Part shown: piece by piece, positions 18,148-30,100 of the stretch
Layout: every line of letters begins with the position of its first letter
Numbering within the stretch: position 1 is the first letter of the stretch
From: Streptosporangiaceae bacterium
GTDB lineage: Bacteria > Actinomycetota > Actinomycetes > Streptosporangiales > Streptosporangiaceae
Length of the DNA stretch: 49,786 bases
Assembly: GCA_025935815.1 (NCBI GenBank)
Contig: JAICUO010000001.1
Span: 1 to 49,786, forward strand
Direction of reading: 5' to 3'
Program-made: the position numbers and the translations under genes
The notes under the pieces: model-generated
Told to the model about the DNA's origin: nothing
Databases searched by the model: none
What the model saw: only the letters and a program-made list of their open reading frames with translations

Positions 18148-21100
18148 TCAGGGCTCCCGGCCTGCGTCGGTGGCGGTGGCGATCCTGCGGGCCTCCGCTA
18201 GCCGGCCGAACTCCCCGCTGTCCCCCGCCGGGTCGGCCATGATCCGTGCTATCTCCCGGCCGCCATCGGCGTTGGTCAGCAAGACGAAGCCATCGCCGCT
18301 GCGGATCCGGCACATGGCCACGGCGAAGTAGCCGGTGAATTCCCCGACGCTCCCGAAATCGAGGTCCGCTTGCAAGTGATCGACCACGGTGGACAGCCCG
18401 TACAGGGTTCCCGGCGTGGGCGTCAGCATCTGCTCGGCAAGCGATTGCGTGATCAGCGCCGACTGGCCGAGGTAGGCGCGCCTGATCTCGAGCTGAGCCT
18501 TGGCGATGTCCTCGGCGGTGCTCCACAGGCCGCCCGCCGCGATGGCGGGATGCGCCGGGCCCAGCCCTGCCACGGGGATGCCGAACGCGTCATGCCCGCG
18601 GGCGACCGGCTGGCTGGCCGTCGCGGGGCACAACGGGTCGAAGCTGCTGTTCACCATGCCCAGCGGTTCGAAGACAAGCTCCTTCATGAGCTGCGGGAAT
18701 GCGCGGCCGGTGATATCCGTCATCAGGAGATCAAGCACCAGGTAGTTGTTCTTGTTCTTTTCGAACAACTGCCCCGGCGGGCACTTCGGCCGGACCTGCG
18801 GCGTCCGGGCCGGATGCCTTCCGGCCAGCGCCTCCAGCGCGGTCGGCAGCGGTTCGTCGTGCCCGTACGCCGCGTGATCGGGTTCGGTGGCCAGGCCCGC
18901 CACGTTCGCCAGCAGGTGCCGCGCGGTGACCGGCGACTGGCCGGTGCCGGGCAGGCGCCAACGGACCAGGTAGGAGTTGACGTCCTTGTCCAGGTCGAGC
19001 CGTCCCTCGGTCACCAGCCGGAGTACTCCCAGCGCCGTGACCTGCTTGCTGACCGACGCCACCCGGAAGAGGGTCTGGCTGGTGACCGGGGCTGAGCCGC
19101 GGGCATCGACTCGCCCGTAGGCGTCCGCCGACACCAGTTCACCGCCGCGGATGGTCGCCAGGCTCACGCCCGGGACGTGATGCTCGCTCATCACCGCCTC
19201 GGCCGGCGATGGTGCTGAAACGGACCGCGGGCGGCCGCCGCGAGCGGCCGGCGCGCTCGCCTCGGCCGCAGGCCATGAATCGGCCATCGTGGCTAGCTCG
19301 GCCGCGTATTCCGCCATGAGCCGGCGGATGGTCGCCTCATGGTGCACCGCGGGCGAGTAAGTCCACCAGGACCGGATCTGGGCGGTCTCAGCCAGGACAT
19401 CTACCTCCAGGAGATGCTCGCGGGCCGTCATGGGGTCACGGATGGCCACCAGGTCATCCAGGGTGAACGTCCCGGATGGCCCGGCGCCGTCCGCCGGGGA
19501 CTGGGCGAACCCGAAGCGGACCGCGGGGCTGGGCATCCGGGCCAGCGCGTCAGCCAGGGCGTCATCCACCGCCAGGTGGCGCAGCATCCCGTAGCCGAGG
19601 CCATCGTCGGGCACCGCGCGCAGTTGCTCGCCGACTGACCGCAGCACCGCGCGGGCGCCTTGCCGCGGCGGGATCCACAGGGCAACCGGGAAGCGGTGCG
19701 TGAAGGGGCCCACGGCCCGGCGAAGGTCGCGGCCGGCGGCGGCACCGCGCTGCGGCCGGCCCTCAACATCAACGAGAAGGCGGTCTCCGCCGGCCCACCG
19801 CGTCAGGACCACGGCCAGCGCCGCGAGCATCAGCTCGCGCAGGTTCTGCGCCGGTACCTGGCGGAGCTGGCCGGCGAGCCCGGCCGGGAGGGACTCGGTG
19901 ATGGTGCGCGCGCTCGCGACGAGGGCGGTTCCCTCCGGCCCGTCGGCGGGCAGCGGCGGGCCCGGGACGAGATTGAGCCAGTGGTGTGCCTGGCCGGTCA
20001 GCTCGGTCCGCGCGGCCATGTCCGCGAGCTGGCCCGCCCAGGGGCCGAACTCGATGCTGGCCGGCGGCAGTGCCACCTCCTGGCCCGCGGCGAGCTGGTG
20101 GTAGGCGGTTTCCAGGTCCTCAAGCAGGGCCAGCCATGACGCGCGGTCCATGACGAGCGCGGGCGCAGCCATCGCCAGCCGGGCCGGCTGGCCGCCGTCC
20201 GGCGAGACCAGCAGCGCGTCCAGCACCGGGCCGTCGGCGATGTCCAGGCGCTGCCCCAGCTCAGTCAGCGCCCGCTCGTTCACCGCGCGCTCGGCCAGGA
20301 CCGGCTGGCCGGAGCCCGTCCGGCCCGGCTGGCTGCGCCCGGCCGGGCTTGCTCGCCGGACCGGCCCGGCGGCATCGGCGGCCGCGAGGGTGACGTGCCA
20401 CCTGCGGTCGACCGGGACGACTCGCAGCCGCAACGCGTCATGGTGGCTGGTCACGGCGCGCAGGGCGGCGTCGAGGGTCTCCGCATCGACCGGGCGGGTC
20501 AGGTGCAAGCTGGCCTGGTACTGATCCGGCTGCCCGGCGGCGTTGCGGTCCAGCAGGATGCGCTGAGCGGGAGTGAGCTGCAGCGGCCGGCCATCGCGGC
20601 CGCCGGCCGCCAGCAGCGCCGAGGCCCGGTCGATCGCCCCGGCGAGCTCGGCAATCGAGCCGTACTGGTAGATCATGCGCAGCGATACCGGCAGCCCGGC
20701 GCTTCGCGCCTGCGACAAGGCTCGCAGCACCATGAGCGAGTCGCCGCCGAGGTCCATGAACCGGTCGTGGGCGCCCACCTGGTCCACGCCAAGCAGGCCG
20801 GCCCAGATGCCGGCCAGCCTGCGCTCGGTGGCGGTCCGCGGCGCGAGGAACTCCGTGGACGACGACCACAGCGACGCGCGATCCGGTGCGGGCAGCCCGC
20901 GCCGGTCCAGCTTGCCGTTGCGGGTAAGCGGGATCCGGTCGAGGGCGACGAACGCCCCCGGGACCATGTAGTCAGGCAGCCGCTGCGCGCAGTGCGCGGC
21001 TAGTTCCGCGGCCTGCACCGGGCCCGCGCCCGCAGGCGTGTAATAGGCCACGAGCCGCTTGCCGCCGGGATCGTCTCCGTAGGCGATGACGACCGCCTCC

Positions 21101-24100
21101 CGCACCTGGGGATGGGCGGCCAGCACGGCCTGCACCTCGCCGGGCTCGACCCGGTAGCCGCGCACCTTGACCTGGTCGTCGATGCGCCCGAGGAAGTCCA
21201 GGTTGCCGTCTGCTCGCCGGCGGACCAGGTCACCGGTGCGGTAGTACCGTGACCCGGCCGGGCCATAGGGGTCGGCGACGAAAAGCTCAGCCGTCAGCGC
21301 CGGGCGGTCGATGTAGCCGCGCGCGACCCCGGGACCGGCCGCGCACAGCTCGCCGGGCACACCATCCGGCACCGGCCGGCCGGCCGCGTCAAGGACATAT
21401 ACCCGCATGTCATCCACCGGGCGGCCGATGGGAACCCGGCCGCCGGCGGACAGATCCGCCTCCCCGATGACGTGGTAGGTCACCTGGACGGTTGCCTCGG
21501 TCGGGCCGTATCCCTGGGTCAGCCGGGTTCGCCCGATGCCCTGGCTCGCCACCCACTCCGCCAGGTCGGCCGCTTCCAGGGGATCGCCGCCGAACAGCAC
21601 CTCACGCAAGGCGAGCCGCGACAGCCGCGTGCCGTCACCGCCTGCCGACCCGATCAGCGCGCGGAACGCGACAGGTGAAATCGCCACCGTCGTCACCTGG
21701 TGCCGCTCGAAGAAGGTGAAGAGCTCATCCGGTGCCTGCGCGATCTCCGGCGGGACCACGACGAGCCGCGCGCCGTGCAGCAGCGCCCCCCACATCTCCC
21801 ACACCGACACGTCGAACGCGTGGGAGTGCAGCAACGCCCATGTCTGCGCCGCGTCGAACTCGGCCCGGCCCGCCATCGCGGTGAACAGCCGCAGCACGCT
21901 GGCGTGGGTGACGCCGACGCCCTTGGGCCGGCCGGTGGATCCCGAGGTGTAGATCACGTACGCAAGGTTGTCCGGGCGCACCGCCGTGGTGAGGTTGGTG
22001 GCCGGGGAGCTGGCGATGGCTGCCTCGTCCTGGTCGAGGATGACCAGGTCGCCGGCGTAGACGTCCGCTAGCGCCGGAGCGTGCTCGCCATCGGTCACCA
22101 CGACGGACACGACGGTGTCACCGAGCATGAACCGCAGCCGCTCGGCCGGCGCCGACACCGGCAGGGGCAGGTACGCGCCGCCGGCCTTGAGCACCCCGAG
22201 CAGCACCGGGATCAGGTCCAGGCCGGGTTGCAGGCACACTCCGACCAGGGACTCCGGCCCGACGCCAAGGTCGCGCAGGTGGTGCGCGACCTGGTTGGCG
22301 CGTGCGTTCAGCTGCGCGTAGCTGAGCTCGCCAGCGCCGGCCACGACGGCCGGCGCGCCGGGGGCCTCGCTGGCCCGCTGCTCCAGCACCTCGTGCATGC
22401 ACATCGTCACGGCGGGGGCGGGCCCGGCCGTGATGGCCGGTTGCCCCTCCCCCGGCGGCAGGTAAGCCGCCCGGGCGTCGCCATCCGGGTCCGCTGCCAT
22501 CGCCTCCAGGACGGCCCGGAACATCGCGGCCAGCCGGTCCGCGCTCGCCCGGCTGATCGCATGGGTGTGGGTGAGCAGGGCCAGGAATCGCGGGTTGGCC
22601 GCGACGTTGAGCCCGAATTCGGTGACCGTGACACCCTCGGTGGCATCGACCTCAATGAGGTCAGTGTCAATCTGGTGGTATTCCTGATAGGTGAACAGCA
22701 CGTCGATGAGGCGGCTTCCGTCGCCCATCTCGCGCTGGATGACCGTCATGGGCAGCCGCTGGTGGGGCAGCAGTTCGGCCTCGCCCTTGAACGTCTGGGC
22801 GGCAAGTTCCCGCCAGGTGCCGGCCGGGCGCTCGAAGGCGAACGGCACCGTGTTGAGGAACACTCCGTACATCTTGTCGGCGCCCTGCGCCTGCGGGCGG
22901 GTGGAGCACACCAGCCCGCTGGAGAACGCGGGCTCCGGGGTGAGCATGCTCATCACCTTCAGGTGAGCGGCGTGCAGCACGCTCTTCAGCGACGTCCGGG
23001 ATGCGCTGGCCAGGGCCCGCAGGCCATCGTGCAGGTCCTCATAGACGACGATCACGCCGTAGTCGTCGCGCGGCATCCGCGGGTCGCCGGCCCAGGCGGA
23101 CGGCAGGGTGAGCTTCGGGAAATCTGCCACTACCTGCTGCCAGTACGCTCGGTCCTCCTCCGATTCCAGTGACCGCTGCTCGGCCGCGATGAAGTCGGCG
23201 TACCGCGCCGCGGGAGCCTGGTAAGGCTCCGGCGCCAGCCCGTCGCGGAGCCGGCGGTAACCGCTGAGCACTTCCATCAGCATCGAGTGGAAGCTCCACC
23301 CCTCGGTGATCGCGTGCAACTGGGTGAACGCCAGGCGCCAGGTAAGTTCCCCCTGGATCAAGGCGGTCAGCCGCATGAGCGGCGGCTTGCCCAGGTCGAA
23401 CATGGCCGCGCGCTCGCGCTGGTGCAGCCGGCGGACCGCGAGCTCCTGCTCGGCCTCGGTCAGGCCGCGCAGGTCGACGAGCGACACCGGCAGCTGCGCG
23501 CGGGCATGCACGAGCTGAAGCGGAACCGAGTACCCGGCCAGGTCGAACGACGTCCGCAGTATCTCGTGGCGGTCCACGACCACCTGCACGGCCTGCTCCA
23601 GCGTGGCCTGCGAGAACGGCCGGTCATCGCGGACCTGGAAGGACGCGCAGTCCCGGTAAATGCTGCGGCTCGGATCGGCCAGCATCTCGGCCAGCATGCC
23701 GCGCTGCGCGTACGACAGCGGGTACGCGTCGGTGATGTCGCCGGGTAGGCGCTCTTTGTCGTGCGCCGAGATCAGGGCAAACGGCGGCACCGATCCGGTG
23801 TCCTCGCTCAGTTCCGTCCGCGCGGCCAGCACCGCGGCGAGCTCGGCGATGGTGCGGTGCTCGAAGACGTCGCCGACGCCGACGTCCAGTCCGGCGGCGC
23901 GCAAGGCACCGACCAAGGCGACGCCCCGGATGGAGTGCCCGCCCAGGTCGAAGAAGCTCTCATGCACGCTGACCTGGTCCAGTTCCAGGACCACGCGCCA
24001 TACCTCGGCAATCTGGTGCTCCAGGGGGCTGCGCGGCGCGGCGAACTGGGGGCCGGCTGCGCGCGCCAGGTCCGGCTGCGGCAGCGCGCCCCGGTCGACC

Positions 24101-27100
24101 TTGCCGTTGGCGTTCAGCGGCAGCCGCTCCATCATCATGAAGATGGCCGGGACCATGTACTCGGGCAGGCTCGCCGCGCAGTGCGCGGCAAGTTCCGCCG
24201 CGGCCGGCCGGGCGTCCTGCGCCGGGACGCAGTAGGCAACCAGCTGGCGATCTTCGGTGCCGGAACCGGAGGCCACCACGACGGCCTCGAGTACCGCCGG
24301 GTGCCCGAGCAGGGTGGAGCGGATCTCGCCCGGCTCGATCCGGTACCCGCGGAGCTTGACCTGGTCGTCAACGCGGCCCAGGAAGCAGACCACGCCATCC
24401 GGGCGCACCCGTACCGTGTCCCCGGTGCGGTACAGCCGGGCACCGGGACGCCCGAACGGGTCGGGCAGGAAACGGCCGGCGGTCATTCCCGGCCGGCCGG
24501 CATACCCCCGGGCCACGCCGGTACCGCCGACGTACAGCTCGCCCGGTACGTCGATGGGGACCGGGTGCATCCCGGCGTCCAGGACATACAGCGTCATGCC
24601 GGGCAAGGGCCTGCCGATCGGCGTGATCTGCGACGTCGCCGGCTCATCGACGCCGAAGACCGATGAGCCGACCGATGCCTCGGTAGGCCCGTACTCGTTC
24701 ACCAGGCGCCCGGGTCCCAGCAGCTGCAGCCAGCGGTCGGCCAGCTGGCCGAGCAGCGCTTCTCCGGCGACCACGATGACCGCGGCCAGCTTGCCCGCCT
24801 GCTCGTCGTCGAGCTGTCGGGACAAGACATCCAGGTGGCCAGGGGTCAGCTTGATGAAGCTGAACGGACCGCGGGCCGCCAGCGTATGGCCCAGGTCGGC
24901 GATGTCGAGGCCGGGTGGCAGCATGTGCACCGGCTGCCCGGTCACCAGCGGGGCCCACAGGTTCGGCACGATCAGGTCGAATGCCACCGACGAGAACAGC
25001 GGCGCCCCGCGGGTGCCCTGCGCGGCCAGCGTTTCGGCCGCCCAGCGCACGTGGTTGGCCAGCCCCCGGTGCGTTACCTGCACGCCCTTCGGGCGTCCGG
25101 TCGATCCCGACGTGAAGATCACGTAGGCGAGGCGATCGGGGTCGGCCTGGATGCCTGCGGATGCCGTTGGCATGCGCGAGATCTCGTCTTCCCCGATGTC
25201 CACGACAGTGACGTCGTGGCCCGCGGCTGCTATCAGGCCGCGGTGCCGGGATCCGGTGACGGCGATCCGCGCGCTGGCGTCGGCGAGCATCATGCCGATC
25301 CGCTGGGCGGGGAATGACGGATCCAGCGGGATATAGGCCGCGCCTGCCTTCCAGACTGCCAGCAGGCATGCCACCAGGTCCGGGCCCCGGTCGAGCAGGA
25401 CGCCCACGGTCGTCTCCGCGGTAGCGCCAAGCTCCCGCAGGCGGTGCGCGATCTGATTGGCCCGCGCGTCGAGCTGCCGGTAGGTCATCGACTGGCCGTT
25501 GAACGTCACCGCCGGGGAATCCGGTGACATGGTGACCTGCAGCTCGAACAGCCCGTGCACGCTCTGCGCCGGGCCCGGGTTCATCGCTGGGAGGTTCCAG
25601 TCGTTCAGCAGGCGCTCGCGCTCGCCGGGGGGCAGGTATGCGGCCTGGGCATCGCCGTCCGGGTCGGCCAGCATCGCGGCCAGCACCGCCCGGTACATGG
25701 CGGCCAGCCGGGCGAGATTGGCCTCGCTGACTACCTGGGTATTGGAGGTGAGCAGCAGGTTCCCGCCCAGGGCGATGATGGCCAGCCCGAACTCGCTCGG
25801 GCTCTCGTCCACCGTGGCCTCGACGTCGATCAAGGTGGTGTCGAGCTGGGGGAAGTCCAGGAAGGCGAAACGGACGTCGATGAGCCGTTGGCCGCCGCCC
25901 ATCTCCCGCTGGATCTCCGGCATCGGGAACCGGCGGTGTGCCCACGCCTGCGCTTCCTGGGCGAACACCTGCCCGACCAGTTCGCGCCACGTCCGCGCGC
26001 TGCGGTCGAACGCGAACGGGACGGTATTGAGGTAGACGCCGAACACCCGCTCGGTTCCCGGGGCCTCCGGCCTGCCGTGGCAGACCAGGCCGGTGAAGAA
26101 GGCCGGCTCGTCGGTGAGCATGCTCATCACCTTCAGGTGCGCGGCCATCAGCACGCTCTTCACCGAGGCTCCGCACTCGGCCGCGAGCGGGCGCAACTCG
26201 CTGTCGATGCCGGGGAGCGGCTCTTTGATCCGGTGCACCGTGCGCGGGCTGTCCGGCCCGTCACCCCACGCCGCGGGCAGGGAGAGCTTCGGGTGGGCCG
26301 ACACCACCACGCGCCAGTGATCGCGATCGCGATCGTCGGCGAGCGTTTGCAGCTCGCTGGCGATGAAGTCCGCATACCGGATCGCCGGCAGTTCCAGCGG
26401 CTCCGGCTGGAGGCCGTCGCGGATGCGCCGGTAGTAGCCAAGCAGCTCCATCAGCAGCGAGTGGTAGCTCCAGCCCTCGAGGATGGCATGGCATTCCGTG
26501 ATCGAGATCCACCAGGTGTTCCCGTCGCACATGTGTGCGGTCACCCGAACGAGCGGTGGGGTGCTCAGGTCGAGCTGCCGGGACCGCTCTTGGCTGGTGA
26601 AGGCACGGATCGCCGCGCGCTGCTGGTCCGCGTTGGCCCGGCGCAGGTCGATCGTGCGCACCGCGACGTCCGCCGCGGGGTGCACAAGCTGAATGGGCGT
26701 GGAGTAGCCGGTCAGCTCGAATGAGGTGCGCAGCACCTCATGCCGCCCGACGACAATGCGGGTGGCCTCTTGGATCGCCTCGGGAGATAGTGGCTTGTCG
26801 TCGCGGATGCGGAACGAGGTGACGTTGTGGTAGGCGTTGAGGTCGTGGTCGGCGAGCATTTCCACGAGCATGCCGAGCTGCAGCCGCGATAGCGGATAAG
26901 CGTCAACGACATCCGCCGGCAGCCGTTCCCGGTCGGCCTTGGTAATCAATTCGAAGGGCGCGACAAGGGTCAGCTCAGGCGCTGGCGACTGGCGACTGGC
27001 GACCAGCTCGCACACTCCCGCCACGGTGCGGCGCTCGAACACGTCGGTCAAGGAGATGTTCAGGCCCGCGTCCCGCAGCGCGCCTACCAGGGCGACCGCG

Positions 27101-30100
27101 CGGATGGAATCGCCGCCGAGGTCGAAGAAGCTGTCCGCCACGCCCACCCGCGCAACGCCGAGCACCTGCGACCATGCGGCCGCGACCCACTCCTCCACCG
27201 GCGTCCGCGGGGCGATGTACTCCCCTCCCGGCGCGGAGGCGGCTCCGTCCGGCGGCGGCAGCCGCCGCACGTCCAGCTTGCCGTTCACCGTCAGCGGGAT
27301 CTCCGTCAGCGGCACGAACACCGCCGGGATCATGTAGTCGGGCAACGACCGGGCCAGCAGCGTCCGCAGTTCCCCCGTTGGCGGGACATCGTCTCCCTCC
27401 GGCACGACGTAGGCGACCAGGCGCTGCCGGCCTGGTGTGTCCTCGTGCGCGACCACCACGGCGTCGTGCAGTCGGGAGCAGTCCCGCAGGGCGGCCTGGA
27501 CCTCGCCGAGCTCGATCCGGTATCCGCGGATCTGGACCTGATTGTCGATGCGGCCAAGGAAGTCCAGGGTCCCGCCGAGGCGGCGGCGAGCAAGGTCCCC
27601 GCTGCGGTACAGGCGTGATCCGGGCGGCCCGAACGGATCGGGCACGAACCGCTCGGCGGTCAGGCCGGGCCGGTTCAGGTAGCCCCGGGCCAGCCCGGCT
27701 CCGCCGACGTGGATCTCCCCGGGGACCCCGACCGGCACTAGGCGGCCATGCGGGTCAAGCAGGTAGATGCGCAGGTCGCTGAGCGGTCCTCCGATGGGGC
27801 TGGCGGCCGAGCCCAGATCCTGCCCGGTAAGCCGGTGGTAGGTGGTGTGCACCGTCGTCTCGGTGATCCCGTACATGTTCACCAGCGCCGGGCTGTCCAG
27901 GCCGAGGCGCGCGGCCCACGGCCGAAGCTCCGGGATCTGCAGCTTCTCGCCGCCGAAGATCACATAGCGGAGTTTCAGCCGGGCGATCCGCTCATCGCCG
28001 TCGGCGGCGAACCGGATCAGCGCGCGGAACGCCGAGGGCGTCTGGCTGAGCACCGTTACCTTGTGCTTGACCAGCAGGTTCAGGAAGTCGTCAGTAGAGC
28101 GGGCAACGTGGAACGGGACCACGACGGCGCAGCCGCCGTACAGCAGCGCGCCCCACATCTCCCACACGTAGAAATCGAACGCGTAGGAGTGGAACAGCGA
28201 CCACACGTCGGTGTGGTCGAACCCGTAGTGCCGCTGGGTCACCGTGAACAGGCGCAGCACGCTGCCGTGGGTCACGCACACGCCCTTGGGCCGGCCGGTG
28301 GATCCCGATGTGTAGATGACGTAGCTGAGGTTGTCGGCGCAGGTGGCCCGCTGCGGGTCGAGCGGGGAGTGCCGGGTGATGGCGGACTCGTCCCGATCCA
28401 GCACCACCAGCTCACCCGGGTGCACCTGCGCGGCCAGCGGCACGTAGGCGCTCTGGGTGACGACGATCCGCGCTCCGGCATCGGCGACCATGAAGGTCAG
28501 CCGGTCAGCGGGGTAGGAGGGGTCCAGCGGGAGGTAGGCCGCCCCGGACTTCAGCACCGCCACCAAGGTGATCACCACGTCGACACCGCGCTCCAGGCAC
28601 ACTCCGACCAGCGTGTCCGGTGCGGCGCCGAGGCTGCGCAGGTGATGGGCTAGCTGGTTGGCCCGGCGGTTCAGCTCGGCGTAGCTCAGCGTGACGTCAC
28701 CGCAGACGACCGCGACCGCCGCTGGCGTGGCCCGCACCTGGGCCTCGAAGGCATCGGCGACCGAGCGCTGGCCTGCGGGAGCCGGGGCCTGCGCCTCGCG
28801 CTGGCGGTCGCGGACCACGGCCAGCTCGTCCTCGCCGAGGATTTCCAGCGCTCCGACCATCGCGGTGGGCCGGGACGCGGCGTGGGCCAGCAGCCGCACC
28901 AGGTGCTGGCCCACTCTCTCGACGGTGTCCCGGTCGAACAGCGCGGTCGCATATTCCAGCTGCCCGTTGATGGCTCCCTCGGCTACCTCCTCCATCTGCA
29001 GGGACAGGTCGAACTTGGCCGTCCGCCAGGGCACCTCCAGTGACTGGGCCGCGATCCCGGGAAGGTCGATTCCGAGGACCTTCGGCTCGGCCATGATGAA
29101 GGAGACTTGGAACAACGGGGTGCGCGACAGGTCTCGTTCGGGTGAGAGCTTGTCGACCAGCTGGGCGAACGGGACCTGCTGGTGGTCAAGGGCGTCCAGC
29201 AGGACGACCTGGGTGAGCGTGATCAGCTCCGAGAAGGCCAGGTCGCCCGGCCACTGGCCGCGCAGGACCAGGTTGTTGATCCCGTAGCCGATCAGCCGCT
29301 GCAGTTCCGGGCGGGTCCGCGCGGTGGCCACCGTCCCGACCACGACGTCCGGCCGGCCGGTGTAACGGGCCAGGAGCGCCTGGAAGGCCGCCAGCAGCAC
29401 CGTGAACGCGGTCACGCCGTGCGCGCGGGCGAGCTCGCGCACGGCGTCGGCGAGCGGCTCCGGGATGCGGACGGGAATGGCGTCTCCCTGCCAGCTGCGG
29501 GTGTCCGGACGCTGCCGGTCGGCGGGCAGGTCGACCCGCTCATGGCCGGCCAGCTGATTGCGCCAGTACTCGATGCTCCGCTCCATCGCGGGCGTGGCCG
29601 CGAGGTCGCGCTGGTAGGCGGCGAAGTCGGCGTACTGGATCGGCAGCGGCTCCAGCGGGCAGGGGTCACCGGCGATTGCCGAGCGGTAGCAGGCGCTGAG
29701 GTCCTCGGCGAACACTCGCAGCGACCAGGCGTCGCAGGCGATGTGGTGGAAGATCACCACCAGGAGGTGATCGTCGTCCGCGATGCGGATGAGGCGTGCC
29801 CGCAGTGGCCACTCCCGGGCAAGGTCAATGCCCGCGGACGCGTCCTGCTCGGCGAGCCGCATTGCCTGGCGTTCCCCGTCCGGCGCTTCGCGCAAGTCGG
29901 TGACGGTGAGGGTGTCCGGCCATACCGGGCCGATGACCTGGACCGGCTCGGTGCCGGCCAGCGCGTACCGGGTGCGCAGGATTTCGTGGCGCTCGATGAT
30001 GGCGTCGATGGCGACGGACATCGCATCCGGGTCCAGCGGGCCGCGCAGCCGGAGGATGAGCGGGATCAGGTACTCCGGGCTATCGGGTTCCATCCGGTTG

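Noticed and set aside
18143-18526. N-terminal extension of the 466-aa KSIII ORF
   Set aside because: Out-of-frame overlap with the NRPS2 3' end; the FabH-like sequence begins at ATG 18142
18230-19190. Beta-lactam resistance gene
   Set aside because: Domain is fused to a cytoplasmic NRPS, has no signal peptide, and its YxN and third motifs are altered
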